In this document: piece by piece, positions 50,939 through 61,350 of the stretch
How the letters are laid out: every line of letters starts with the position of its first letter
How positions within the stretch are numbered: position 1 is the first letter of the stretch
Source of the DNA: Promethearchaeia archaeon
Lineage (GTDB): Archaea; Asgardarchaeota; Lokiarchaeia; Sigyniarchaeales; SOKP01
DNA: 64,000 bases
NCBI GenBank assembly: GCA_029856155.1
Contig: JAHQWL010000001.1
Location: forward strand, 1 to 64,000
Direction: 5' to 3'
The notes under the pieces: model-generated
Database searches by the model: none
Told to the model about the DNA's origin: nothing
Seen by the model: the letters and a program-made list of their open reading frames with translations, nothing else
Program-made: the position numbers and the translations under genes

Positions 50939-51733
50939 TCATAAATTTCCCTTCTTTATGATAGAATTGATATTAGTGCCTTTATTCCAATACCAGTCAA
51001 ACAAATCTTTTGACCACTGTATAAAATTCTCATTATCATCATATAAACATTCACTATAATCTATTTTTCCTTCGCTACTTAAAAATAATATAGCTCCTTT
51101 ATCAGTAACTAAGAGAGAGAAAAGAATTTGCATTAGCATACGAATATTCTTTAAAATGTTTATCTTTTGATAAAATGCATGACGGTCTTCTAGTTTTTCA
51201 TATCCTTTTGATGTTAACACATTTTTATCTACTAGAGCTTTTATCTTAATAGACATATTATTAATTTTTCGTTCAACTGCAGGTAATATTGAATCCTGAA
51301 ATTGATCTGAGATTGCTAAAATAAAATTTTCTGATTTTTTAATCATTTCTGACCAAAGCTCTATATTTTGCATTGTTCCACTGTTAATTCTAATACTTTT
51401 TAAATTTCCTAGCTGTAAGATTAAATTTAAGGGAAAAATATCAATATCATGATTGTTAAAAAATTTCTCATATTTTAATGACACTTCAAAAAGCTCTAGT
51501 ACATCCAAAAACATTTTTCCTATATTTGTAATTGTATATTTATTATCTATTGTTTTTTTAACTAAATTTTTCTTTATAAGTCTTTTTAAATGACGAGATA
51601 TTTCAGATCCTCGAATACTCAATTCTTTTTCTAATTGGTTGTGTCGTTTTCTTCCCTTATATAAACTTTTAAAAACGTCAAATCGACTTTCATTTGAAAA
51701 TTCAAAAAATAAATCGTTAATTCTCAATATCAC
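50939..51733 (-). CDS. winged-helix transcriptional regulator (ArsR-like HTH + C-terminal DUF1724-like domain)
   Basis: FSNESRF, EISRHLKRL..LV.K..YTITNIG; FIQWSKDLFDWYW. Confidence 0.82.
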   Translation of the reverse strand: MILRINDLFFEFSNESRFDVFKSLYKGRKRHNQLEKELSIRGSEISRHLKRLIKKNLVKKTIDNKYTITNIGKMFLDVLELFEVSLKYEKFFNNHDIDIFPLNLILQLGNLKSIRINSGTMQNIELWSEMIKKSENFILAISDQFQDSILPAVERKINNMSIKIKALVDKNVLTSKGYEKLEDRHAFYQKINILKNIRMLMQILFSLLVTDKGAILFLSSEGKIDYSECLYDDNENFIQWSKDLFDWYWNKGTNINSIIKKGNL

Positions 51734-51945
51734 TCAGTAAATTTTCTATTCTTAATACTTAAATATTAATTCTTAATAGTAAATGAATTTAGATCAATTT
51801 AAAATTGTTTTTATCATTCAAATTTTTTTTCTATTAGTGAAATTGTTTTTATAGATATTATAGGGATTGTTTATTACATCTTTATGTCTTTTTATAATTA
51901 GAAACAAAATAATAAATTCTAGTATATAATTAAAATGTGAAAAAA

Positions 51946-52296
51946 ATGACAGAGTACAATGCAATTGAAGATTGTTTAGAAGAAATAAAGAATAGATATA
52001 ATAATAATGAAAAAGTAAGAAAAAAATTAGCTAAATATAATGCTTCTATCCAAATGAAATTTCTAGATACTGACAGGAAAGTATTACTTTTGATTAATAA
52101 TGATCAGGGCATAGAAGTAAAAGATAAAAGTGGAGATGATTCAGCACCTGTAAAAATTGATTTTGCAGGAGAATATGTAATAATTGATTTATTTAATAAA
52201 GAATTAGGTGCTGTTAAAGCATATTCTGATGGGAAAATAAAGATCGTTGAAGGAAATATAAGAAGTTTAATGAAACTTCGAAGTTTAATGTTTTAA
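51946..52296 (+). CDS. SCP2 sterol/lipid-binding domain protein
   Basis: LF..EL.AVKAYSDGKIKIVEGNIRSLMKL pattern. Confidence 0.75.
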   Translation: MTEYNAIEDCLEEIKNRYNNNEKVRKKLAKYNASIQMKFLDTDRKVLLLINNDQGIEVKDKSGDDSAPVKIDFAGEYVIIDLFNKELGAVKAYSDGKIKIVEGNIRSLMKLRSLMF

Positions 52297-52375
52297 CTAA
52301 GTTTATTTTATTTAAAATTTATTTTTAATATATTGTTTATAATGGTTGATTTATTTATAAAAAAGAGAATATATT

Positions 52376-54058
52376 ATGAAAGCTTTAATAACAGCTAAAA
52401 TTACAGACTTTTGCTTAAAAGAATTAGAAAAATTAATGGAAATAACATATGAACCATGGAGAGAAACGGGGATTATATATTTTGACGTAAGAGAACTTGT
52501 TGAAAAACTAAAGGATTATGATATTTTTATAACTGAAGCGGATGATTTGAAGAAAGAAGATCTATTTGAGAATACTAATCTGAAACTTATTATATCATGT
52601 AGAGGCGATCCATTTAATGTTAATTTAGTATCAGCAACTAAAAATAACATTCCTGTTCTATTTACTCCTCTTAGAAATGTCGATGCTGTAGCAGAATTAA
52701 CAATAGGCTTGATGTTGATGCTAGCTCGCAAATTACATAACGTTGATCGAATCATTCATTCTGATGACTTTGAAATAATTGAATTTGAAGATTTTGTTGA
52801 ATATTTAAATAAATTTCAAGGTATTGAATTAAAAGGTAAAACAATTGGTATAATAGGGTTAGGGCAAATTGGTAGAAGAGTAGCAGATAGACTAAAGCCC
52901 TTTGGAGTTGATTTTCTAATATATGACCCATATTTAGATGAAGAGACTTCTAGGCAATATGGCAAAAGAGTTGAAATTGATGATTTAATGAAAACTTCTG
53001 ATTTCATCACTATACACGCAATAGCATCTGATGAAAATGAGAATCTTATCAATGAAGACCGAATTTCTATGATGAAAAAAACAGCCTTTCTAATTAATAC
53101 GTCAAAAGGGAGTATAGTTGACTATGATTCTTTACAAAAGGCACTAGAAGAGGAGAAGATAGGAGGTGTAGCACTAGATGTATTTCCTCTTGAACCTATT
53201 GATGAGGATAATGAATTCATCGCATTGAAAAATGCTATAATCACACCCCACATTGGTGGAGATACCGAGGAGGTAGTAAAAAGACAATCAGAAATTTTAC
53301 TAAATGATGTTAAAAGGTGGTTAAATGGGGAAAAACCTCAATATCTTATGAATCCAGAAGTAATTAAAGAAGGAGAAACAAAGAGACCACTAAATGATAA
53401 TAAGGTTAACACAATAAAAAAGGCAATAGTAGATTTATGTAAAGAATTATTAAAAGAAAAACACGTTATTGGCTCTGCTGGTAATGTTAGCGTAAGGATA
53501 AAAGATGAAGATAAAGAATGTGTATTAATAACACCTAGCAATGTTCGTTACGATGAAATGGTGCCTGAAGACATCCTTACAATTGATATGGGGGGTAAAG
53601 TTATAGAAGGAGAAAGGAATCCCTCTGTTGAGAAAAAAATGCACATAAGAATATACAAAGAAAGAGACGATGTAAATGCAATTATTCATGCTCACAGTAT
53701 TTATTCTACTGTTCTTAGTGCGTTAAAACTAAGTATCCCTCCAATTTTTGAAGAATTTGTACCATATATAGGTGGTGAAGTTTTATGCGCTGAGTATGGA
53801 GAAGCAGGTACTGAAGAATTAGCAGATGGAGTATTAGCAGTATTAGAAGAGAGAAATGCAGTTTTACTTGCAAATCATGGAAATTTATGTTGTGGTAGTC
53901 ATCTAGACGGAGCTTATACTGTATTACAATATCTTGAGAGAGGAGCTAAGATATATTATTTAGGTAAGCTTATTAAGGATCCAAATTTATTACCAGAAGA
54001 TACAATAGACTATGAAATGGATATATTTGATATTTTTAAAGAATCTAAAAAAATCTAG
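52376..54058 (+). CDS. fusion of D-2-hydroxyacid dehydrogenase (SerA-like) and class II aldolase (FucA-like)
   Basis: AVAEL, GIIGLGQIG, ALDVF..EP, TPHIGG; then GSAGNVS, ITPS, PSVE..MH, IIHAHS, LLANHG. Confidence 0.9.
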   Translation: MKALITAKITDFCLKELEKLMEITYEPWRETGIIYFDVRELVEKLKDYDIFITEADDLKKEDLFENTNLKLIISCRGDPFNVNLVSATKNNIPVLFTPLRNVDAVAELTIGLMLMLARKLHNVDRIIHSDDFEIIEFEDFVEYLNKFQGIELKGKTIGIIGLGQIGRRVADRLKPFGVDFLIYDPYLDEETSRQYGKRVEIDDLMKTSDFITIHAIASDENENLINEDRISMMKKTAFLINTSKGSIVDYDSLQKALEEEKIGGVALDVFPLEPIDEDNEFIALKNAIITPHIGGDTEEVVKRQSEILLNDVKRWLNGEKPQYLMNPEVIKEGETKRPLNDNKVNTIKKAIVDLCKELLKEKHVIGSAGNVSVRIKDEDKECVLITPSNVRYDEMVPEDILTIDMGGKVIEGERNPSVEKKMHIRIYKERDDVNAIIHAHSIYSTVLSALKLSIPPIFEEFVPYIGGEVLCAEYGEAGTEELADGVLAVLEERNAVLLANHGNLCCGSHLDGAYTVLQYLERGAKIYYLGKLIKDPNLLPEDTIDYEMDIFDIFKESKKI

Positions 54059-54088
54059 AATATTATTTTATTTTGTTTGGATCCATTT

Positions 54089-54856
54089 TTATATGCCATT
54101 AAATGAGTTTAGGGCTAATATTGTTGATTCCTCTGCTTGTTGCTGAGTAACCATCCCAATTGTTACAGCACAAATATTATGATTAGTTATGTATTGAAAA
54201 GCATAGTCTGGTTTTATCTGACCTGCTGCAAGTGTTTTCATACCAATGAAATAGAAATTTTTTGTGTTATCTACAAGTTCTTCTAAATCTTTTTTATTTC
54301 CCATCAAAAATCCATTCGCATTAAAGGGTATTAAAAACACTCTCACATTTAGAGAATTTTCTAAACAATATCGAATAGTTGGAATTGGATCATGAGTTGC
54401 TATCCCTGGAATAATTCCATTTCTAGAAATATCATCTAAAAGACTCAATAATTCATGTCCTCTATTATCAGAAATCATTCCATGTACAAATATCAATTTT
54501 GCCCCAATTTTAATTAATGCATCAATACCAGGATCTTTTCCAGGATAAGTTGATCCTGTTATCACATAATCGCTATATAAGTCACTCATCATATTTGCAG
54601 CTTCTAAAATTCTTCCACTTGGTATGGCTTCAATTCCTCGCGCTCCTTTTGCATAACTGATCTCTAAAATTTCTAAAATTGCCTTTGGGTTGTTCAAAAA
54701 TTTCTTACGCCATTCATATGCTTTAAATCCGAATTGTCCAGCCCCTATAAATGGAGAAGTTCCCGTGGAAACTAACGGTATATCTATATCATCTATTTTA
54801 CAAAAAATTTTAAACTCCTCATTTCCAATACTATAAAATTTATCATAATTTGACAT
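54089..54856 (-). CDS. conserved archaeal TIM-barrel protein (aldo/keto reductase-like)
   Basis: GTSPFIGAGQFG, PGIATH, PFNANGFLM, GMKTLAAG. Confidence 0.65.
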   Translation of the reverse strand: MSNYDKFYSIGNEEFKIFCKIDDIDIPLVSTGTSPFIGAGQFGFKAYEWRKKFLNNPKAILEILEISYAKGARGIEAIPSGRILEAANMMSDLYSDYVITGSTYPGKDPGIDALIKIGAKLIFVHGMISDNRGHELLSLLDDISRNGIIPGIATHDPIPTIRYCLENSLNVRVFLIPFNANGFLMGNKKDLEELVDNTKNFYFIGMKTLAAGQIKPDYAFQYITNHNICAVTIGMVTQQQAEESTILALNSFNGI

Positions 54857-55003
54857 GTGATTATTGTTAAGAGAATTATAAAATTTTAAGTCTATTCCTA
54901 TTGAAATTAATCTACAAAAATCATATTAAATCATAAAGATTATTATTCATTAAAAGCAAATTAAATACAATTTTGCTTCTGATTTATAAAAGAGGAGACT
55001 AGA

Positions 55004-57082
55004 ATTCCACAAATTAATGGCGTTATATGTAATGCTCTAACGTTTTATAATAAAGATCTTGAAATGATCGAAAGTCTGAATTCTCTTCTTCTTCGACATA
55101 TTCTTACAAATGATGCAAATTCTCTGCTTCTTTTTGGAAACACTGGTGATGGTGTGTTATTTTCAATGACAGAAAAAATTAAATTTATCGAAATTGCGAA
55201 AGAGATTACAGAGAAAAAAGTACCTATGCTTGTTGGAATTTATGGTAATCAAGTAGATAATATTATTGATCAGATTGAAAATATAGGTAAAAAATTTATA
55301 GATCTTAATTTTATGATCTCTCCTCCTATTTCAGAAAAAAAATCTACAGATTCTATAAGATCTTATTTTGAAAATATCTTAGGTTCAGTCAACCCTAAAA
55401 ATCAGATTTATTTGATAAATGATCCCCTCCAATTTGCTGGAAATGAGATAGAATCAGAGTTGCTGCAAAATTTAATGGAATTCACTAATTTGAAGGGTTT
55501 AAATGATTCATTTTATAATATTAAAAAATGCAGATCTTATATTCAACTTTTAAACAAAAATTTTTCTGTAATTTGTGCATTAGAAGAAAATTTTCAAACT
55601 TTTTTTCAACTAATACCCTTGAATCAGAGAAAATATAGTGGAATTGTTTCTAGTATTAGTAATCTTGGCAATATGTGCTCAAAATTATATAGGTATGCAT
55701 TAGAAGATAATATCTTAGAACTTTTAAAAATACAAGAACACATAAATGACATTAGAAGTAAAATTTATGAAATTAAAAGCAATGAAATTAGGGAAAAAAT
55801 TGGTTTGAAGTATGCTTTTTTACATTTATATAAGGATTTAATATCAAACATTAAAAATGATATATATCATATTGATGAAATATTAGAAACTCAAATTGAT
55901 CCAATTAGCAAAGAAAGAATTGAAGCCACTGTTAATTATTTATTAAACCAGAAACAAATTTATCAATTGTATTTTGTAAGTAAAAAGGATCTTTACCGAT
56001 TTGATGAGATCATAAATATGTTTTCAAAAATCGACGTTTTAGTTAAACAAGGCAAAGTTAAAAAAATTAAAGGGCCTTATATTGTTGATATCAATACACT
56101 CTATAGAGTAAAATTTGAAAACAACCAACTAGTCTTCAGATTTCGCACAAGTCAATCTTATCAATTTGAAAATTCAATTAAAGAAAAGCTATTATATCCC
56201 TTTTTAGATAAAACATTAAATCCAAATGATATTGAATTAAGACAGAAAGTAAAAGAGGTTTTAAATAGAAGATCAGGTACTTATCTCTTCACTAAAGAAA
56301 ACCCTCCTATAATTCCCGTATGTAATCTTATATATTATGATGAAACTAAGGAAATTATTCCTTATATGTTCTCAGTACAAGATTATATACGAGGAAAACC
56401 TCTCTTTCAGCTTATAAACCAATATATAAATGACGGAAAAAATTTATCTACAAAAAAATTTCTTGATTTATTTAGTAATTTAGGCGATCATTTAGGACAT
56501 CTTCATGAAATAAAATTTAATTGTTTCTATAAAAAAATTGATAATATTGGAAAAAAGATGAAGATATCCTATATAGATCTCCTCGAAAATGAATTTGAAG
56601 AAAAACTTCAGATGGCAAAGAAAAATAAAATTGATTTCACTGACGAAATTAAGGCTTTCTTTAAAGATAATAAGGTATTAATTGAAGATGAAACAGAATA
56701 TGTTCTTTTACATAATAATTTTAAAAGCCAGAATATTATTGTGAAGGAAGAACTCGGTACTATTAAAATTAATGGTATTGTAGATTTTGATAAATGGTAT
56801 ATTGGCAGTAGAGCTCAAGAGTTCATTAAAATTGATTATTGGATTTTAAAACCTTTAAATAATCCTTCATTTTATAGCTCATTTTACGGTACATATTCTA
56901 AATTTTATACTATAGATAGTGATTTTAAAAAAAAAATTGAATTATATAAATTATTTTGGCTTTTGGACGAATATAATTTTGAATCAGAATTAATAAGAAA
57001 GTCCGATCAAATGAATATTATAAGAACACCCTCAACAGTATTAGAAAATTATTTGTTTGAAATCAAAGCAATAATTCGATGA
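55004..57082 (+). CDS. fusion of DapA-like TIM barrel and aminoglycoside phosphotransferase-like domain, both degenerate; probable ATT start
   Basis: Upstream in-frame PQINGVICNALTFY is the DapA first strand; GNTGD, GLNDS; C-terminal LGHLH, LHNNFKSQNI, IVDFD; SD GAGGAG at 54992-54997. Confidence 0.75.
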   Translation: MPQINGVICNALTFYNKDLEMIESLNSLLLRHILTNDANSLLLFGNTGDGVLFSMTEKIKFIEIAKEITEKKVPMLVGIYGNQVDNIIDQIENIGKKFIDLNFMISPPISEKKSTDSIRSYFENILGSVNPKNQIYLINDPLQFAGNEIESELLQNLMEFTNLKGLNDSFYNIKKCRSYIQLLNKNFSVICALEENFQTFFQLIPLNQRKYSGIVSSISNLGNMCSKLYRYALEDNILELLKIQEHINDIRSKIYEIKSNEIREKIGLKYAFLHLYKDLISNIKNDIYHIDEILETQIDPISKERIEATVNYLLNQKQIYQLYFVSKKDLYRFDEIINMFSKIDVLVKQGKVKKIKGPYIVDINTLYRVKFENNQLVFRFRTSQSYQFENSIKEKLLYPFLDKTLNPNDIELRQKVKEVLNRRSGTYLFTKENPPIIPVCNLIYYDETKEIIPYMFSVQDYIRGKPLFQLINQYINDGKNLSTKKFLDLFSNLGDHLGHLHEIKFNCFYKKIDNIGKKMKISYIDLLENEFEEKLQMAKKNKIDFTDEIKAFFKDNKVLIEDETEYVLLHNNFKSQNIIVKEELGTIKINGIVDFDKWYIGSRAQEFIKIDYWILKPLNNPSFYSSFYGTYSKFYTIDSDFKKKIELYKLFWLLDEYNFESELIRKSDQMNIIRTPSTVLENYLFEIKAIIR

Positions 57083-57183
57083 CTTTTAGTTATATTATCC
57101 ATAAAACTATTTAGAAATTCTGATTTATTATATTTGTCTATACTTATTAAAAAAGAGATTTTATGAAATAAATAAAGTAAAAC

Positions 57184-58110
57184 ATGTCGAGATTTAAAAA
57201 AGAATTAAAGTTTGCAGTTAAATTGGTCAGTAAAGCAACAGAGATTACAGAATGGTTTAGAAAACATGGATTTGAATCATTCTTAAAGTCAGATCAATCA
57301 CCTGTTACATTAGCAGATTTTGCATCTCAAATATATATTATATCAAAGTTAAAGCAATTCTTCCCAAATGATGAAATAATAGCAGAAGAAGGAGATATTG
57401 AATTTATAGATTTAAAGGCAGAAAATCTGATAAAACGGTGTTTTAATGAACTAAATTTCGAAAAATTAAAGGTTATAAAAGAAATTATTGGCTTTAGAGG
57501 TAAATCTTCAGCACGACAATGGACAATAGATCCCATTGATGGCACAAAGGGGTACCAAAAGGGGTTGTCTTATGCTGTAGGTATTGGATTTATGGTAAAA
57601 TCTAAACCTAGAGTATGTGCTATTGCAGTACCAAATTATAATGAAAAATTATTAGCTATTTTTGCGGCTGAAGAAAATCAAGGTGCGCAAGCTAAATATG
57701 ATGACAATGATTTTAAGCAGATAAGAGTCAATCAAAATGAAGATATACAAAATATTCGTTTATGCCACTCATTACATTATGATCAACCCTGGGTTCTTAA
57801 TTTTGCAAAGAAAATTGGTATAAAACGCTTCATTCAAATTGATAGTATGGCAAAATTCTGTATGGTAGCTGAAGGAACTGCTGACCTTTATATTAAACCA
57901 TTAGATGAGGACCATTCATTTACATGGGATTTCATGCCAGGAGATTTAATTGTAAAAGAAGCAGGCGGTGAAGTAACAGATTTAAATGGTGCCCCTTTAA
58001 AATTTAATAATGAAAGGTGCCTATGGACAGCGCCCGGTATAATTACGTCAAATAGTATTCTACAAAAGAAAATCTTAGAGCTATATAAAATTAATCAAAT
58101 AAGTGCATAA
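57184..58110 (+). CDS. inositol monophosphatase / 3'(2'),5'-bisphosphate nucleotidase (HAL2-like)
   Basis: KSDQSPVTLADFASQ, AEE, WTIDPIDGTKG, DSMAK, WD..G..IVKEAGG. Confidence 0.9.
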   Translation: MSRFKKELKFAVKLVSKATEITEWFRKHGFESFLKSDQSPVTLADFASQIYIISKLKQFFPNDEIIAEEGDIEFIDLKAENLIKRCFNELNFEKLKVIKEIIGFRGKSSARQWTIDPIDGTKGYQKGLSYAVGIGFMVKSKPRVCAIAVPNYNEKLLAIFAAEENQGAQAKYDDNDFKQIRVNQNEDIQNIRLCHSLHYDQPWVLNFAKKIGIKRFIQIDSMAKFCMVAEGTADLYIKPLDEDHSFTWDFMPGDLIVKEAGGEVTDLNGAPLKFNNERCLWTAPGIITSNSILQKKILELYKINQISA

Positions 58111-59183
58111 TTTAACAAATTTGTCTGTCGAGCTTTTTGATTTCTTTCTAAATTTGATAATTTTATACCTACAAGCCTAACTTTTTTTGTATTATTTGAA
58201 AACTCTTTAAATAAATCTAAAATTATATTTAATACAAATTTCTGATTCTGAATATGAAAAGAAAGAGTTTTTGAACGAGTATATGTGTGAAAGCCTTCAA
58301 ATCTTATCTTTAGTGAAATTGTCTTATAAGTAATCTGGTGCTTTAACACGGATTTATGTATTCTTTCATTAATATCTTCAAATCTTGATACAATTTCACT
58401 AAAATTATCGGTATCAGAATAAAAAGTTCTTTCTGCGCTAATTGATTTCCTATCTTCATTAAACTCCTTTACTTTACGATTATCTAATCCATTCGCAACT
58501 TTCCAGATCCATTTCCCATGTTTTCCAAATAACTCCATCATTTTGGATAAAGGAGTAGAAATGATATCTCCGATTTTTTTTATCCCATTTTTATAATAAT
58601 AGACTTTAGATTTCTTACCAATACCAGGGATACGTGTAATATCCATATCTTTTAGAAAGCTACGTATACATTCAGGTCTTACCATCGTAATACCATTAGG
58701 TTTGTGTTCATCAGAAGCAATTTTAGCTAAAGATTTAGTTGGTGCAATACCTATTGATATTGTTATACCGACCTTATTTCTAACTTCCTTTTGAATTTCT
58801 TTTGCAATTCTTTCTGCTTCAACATAATCATTCGTGATATTTGTTAATTCTAAATATGCTTCATCTATTCCTACTCTCTGGAATTCATCACTATATGTTT
58901 CAAGGATATACATCACTTCTTTAGAAACTTTATAATATTTTTCACCATTTGGTCTTAAATAAATGCCATGAGGACATCTTTTGTAAGCTTGAGATATTGG
59001 CATGGCTGAACGCAGTCCGTATTTTCTTGCTTTATAATTACAAGTTGCTATTACTCCTCTTCCCTGACCTTCTTTTGGATCTGCTCCTATTATAACAGGT
59101 TTATCTTTATATTGTGGGTTGTCTCTAATTTCTACAGCAGCAAAAAAACAATCAAGATCACAGTGTAAAATAAGACGATTCAT
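58095..59183 (-). CDS. dinB: Y-family DNA polymerase IV (DinB/Dbh)
   Basis: HCDLDCFFA, NYKARKYG..SAMP, GIDEAY, LAKIAS..KPNG, PIP-like QTNLLNY. Confidence 0.95.
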   Translation of the reverse strand: MNRLILHCDLDCFFAAVEIRDNPQYKDKPVIIGADPKEGQGRGVIATCNYKARKYGLRSAMPISQAYKRCPHGIYLRPNGEKYYKVSKEVMYILETYSDEFQRVGIDEAYLELTNITNDYVEAERIAKEIQKEVRNKVGITISIGIAPTKSLAKIASDEHKPNGITMVRPECIRSFLKDMDITRIPGIGKKSKVYYYKNGIKKIGDIISTPLSKMMELFGKHGKWIWKVANGLDNRKVKEFNEDRKSISAERTFYSDTDNFSEIVSRFEDINERIHKSVLKHQITYKTISLKIRFEGFHTYTRSKTLSFHIQNQKFVLNIILDLFKEFSNNTKKVRLVGIKLSNLERNQKARQTNLLNYALI

Positions 59184-59366
59184 TATTTAACAAATGAGAG
59201 TTATTTGATTTTAAATTGTAGTTAACAAATGTGATATTTATAATTACTATTTAAAAAAACAGACTTTCAAGATTTATTGGAAATAAAAAATTTTTAACGT
59301 TTAAAGGTAAATCACGGAATTTAATTTTCAAAATAGATTTTTAATTGAAATTTAATTATTAAATTT

Positions 59367-60050
59367 ATGACCTTAAATAAAGAAGATCAACTTCGCATGG
59401 AAGTTGTTAAAGGAGCAAAAGCAATTTTCTCAAAGGGATTAGTGGAAGCTGGAGAAGGTAATGTAAGTGTGAGAAATGGTAAAAAAGAAGAATTATTTAT
59501 CACACCTTCATTTAATCAATATGATACTCTCAAAAAAGACGAAATCGTCCATCTAAATTTTGAAGGGACACCTTTAAGTGCTGGAAAATTACCCTCAACT
59601 GAAGCAAAGATGCATACTGCAATATATAAATCTAGACCAAAAGTTCAAGCAGTAATTCATACACATTCCCCTTTTGCAACTATGCTCTCACTTGTACGAA
59701 AAAATATTCCAATAATAATGGAAGAGATGTTTATCTTTTTAGGTGGTTCTGTTGATGTTTCTGAATTTGGAGAAGCCCATACAATAGAGATTGGTGAAGT
59801 AGCTTTAAATGCATTAGGTATAAAAAATGCTGCCCTATTAGCAAATCATGGTGTTATTGTTTGTGGAAAATCATTAGATCATGCTGTTAAGTTTGCTGAA
59901 TTAGTTGAAAAGCTCGCCAAAATGTATTGGGGTGCCTTGCAAATAGGGAAACCCAATATAATTTCTCAAGAACATCTAGAACGATTTCAAAAACTTTTTG
60001 AAAGCCTTTTCGCCAATTATCCTCGAAGCATGCGGAAAAAACAGGAATAA
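59367..60050 (+). CDS. class II aldolase (L-fuculose-1-phosphate aldolase-like)
   Basis: GNVSVR, ITPS, PSTE..MH, VIHTHS, LLANHG. Confidence 0.9.
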   Translation: MTLNKEDQLRMEVVKGAKAIFSKGLVEAGEGNVSVRNGKKEELFITPSFNQYDTLKKDEIVHLNFEGTPLSAGKLPSTEAKMHTAIYKSRPKVQAVIHTHSPFATMLSLVRKNIPIIMEEMFIFLGGSVDVSEFGEAHTIEIGEVALNALGIKNAALLANHGVIVCGKSLDHAVKFAELVEKLAKMYWGALQIGKPNIISQEHLERFQKLFESLFANYPRSMRKKQE

Positions 60051-60073
60051 ATCATAATAACTGAGTGAATTTT

Positions 60074-60904
60074 ATGAAGTTAGGTATAAGTGCCTTAGGA
60101 CATATAATTGATTTAGCCCTTACTCGGAAAATTAAAGATCTTAAAGAATTACAACTTAAAGCTTCAGTAGCATGTCTCAATTTCGCTGAAGACCAAGGAA
60201 TAGAATATGTAGAGTTAGTGATAGATCCCCCTGAGGTCTTTGATAATGAAAGTGAACAGGAATTTATTGAACTAGTGAATTCTTATAACTTAAAAAAACA
60301 AATTCATGGACCTTATGTTGATTTGAGTTTATGTTCTTTTAATAACCATATATCAGAAGCATCAATAGAATCATATAAAGCGACTGCAAAGATATGTTAT
60401 CAAATTGATGCTAGAATAATGACAATTCATCCAGGTTATGCAAACTTTTTGTTGTCTTCAATTCGAGAATTTAATAAGAAGCAATTAATCCATGCTATTC
60501 ATGCATTACTAGATTCTATAAATAATCAGAAATTAAAAATTTGCTTAGAAAATATGCCTCAAGATGCTTATATTATGACTGATAACAATAATATCGAAGA
60601 AATATTTGAGATAATTGATCGTGATGATCTATTTATCACTTATGACACTAGCCATTTCTACACGTGTGATGGAGATGTGAAACATTTATGGGAAAAATTC
60701 CATAGAATAATAAGAAATGTTCATATTGTAGAAAACTTTAGCAAGAAATCAGATACACATCCACCATTAGGGACAGGAAAAATCAATTTTAAAGACATTT
60801 TTGATGTCATTAAAGGTTGGAATTATGACGGGCCATTAATTATTGAATTGTCTTCAGCAACATCATTAAATCAAAGTATTAATTTTATAAACAAGTTTTT
60901 ATAA
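60074..60904 (+). CDS. sugar phosphate isomerase/epimerase (xylose isomerase-like TIM barrel)
   Basis: IHGP, IHPG, LENMP, DTSH, DTHPPLGTGKINF, IIEL. Confidence 0.85.
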   Translation: MKLGISALGHIIDLALTRKIKDLKELQLKASVACLNFAEDQGIEYVELVIDPPEVFDNESEQEFIELVNSYNLKKQIHGPYVDLSLCSFNNHISEASIESYKATAKICYQIDARIMTIHPGYANFLLSSIREFNKKQLIHAIHALLDSINNQKLKICLENMPQDAYIMTDNNNIEEIFEIIDRDDLFITYDTSHFYTCDGDVKHLWEKFHRIIRNVHIVENFSKKSDTHPPLGTGKINFKDIFDVIKGWNYDGPLIIELSSATSLNQSINFINKFL

Positions 60905-60948
60905 GTAATTTATAAGTAAAAAAAAAATTCCAATTTTAATGATTTAAA

Positions 60949-61341
60949 ATGCCAATAATCTCCTTGCAAGTAAGTGATGATTTGTTAGAAAGATTTGAGA
61001 AAGTTCGGAATCTTAGTGGATTTAGTTCTAAAAGTGAAGCTTTAAGGGACTCTATTGTCAGTTTCATTGAAAAATATGAGAAATTTGAAAATCTAGAAGG
61101 ATACAAATTAATGACCGTTAGTTTAGTTTATCCCTTTAAAGAAATTATCATTGATCAAATAACCGAACTCTATTCTCGATACCACCAAACTATAAAAACA
61201 GTAACAGATTGGCGTATTGCAGAAAAAAAGATTGAAATGCTATTGTTAGTGGGTGAATTTGGAACTATTAAAGATCTTTATAAAGAGTTAGCTAAAATTA
61301 AAGATGTAATCTGTTCCATCCGTGAAATAGTAATTGATTGA
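60949..61341 (+). CDS. NikR-like RHH transcriptional regulator
   Basis: IISLQVSDDLLERF..SKSEALRDSI plus ACT-like C-terminal domain. Confidence 0.8.
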   Translation: MPIISLQVSDDLLERFEKVRNLSGFSSKSEALRDSIVSFIEKYEKFENLEGYKLMTVSLVYPFKEIIIDQITELYSRYHQTIKTVTDWRIAEKKIEMLLLVGEFGTIKDLYKELAKIKDVICSIREIVID

Positions 61342-61350
61342 GAATTAGTT

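Noticed and set aside
231-53541. Short antisense or overlapping ORFs in the track (e.g. 231..539, 8534..8833, 24988..25320, 39584..40021, 45539..45871, 52516..52755)
   Set aside because: They lie within well-supported genes and have no recognisable motifs.
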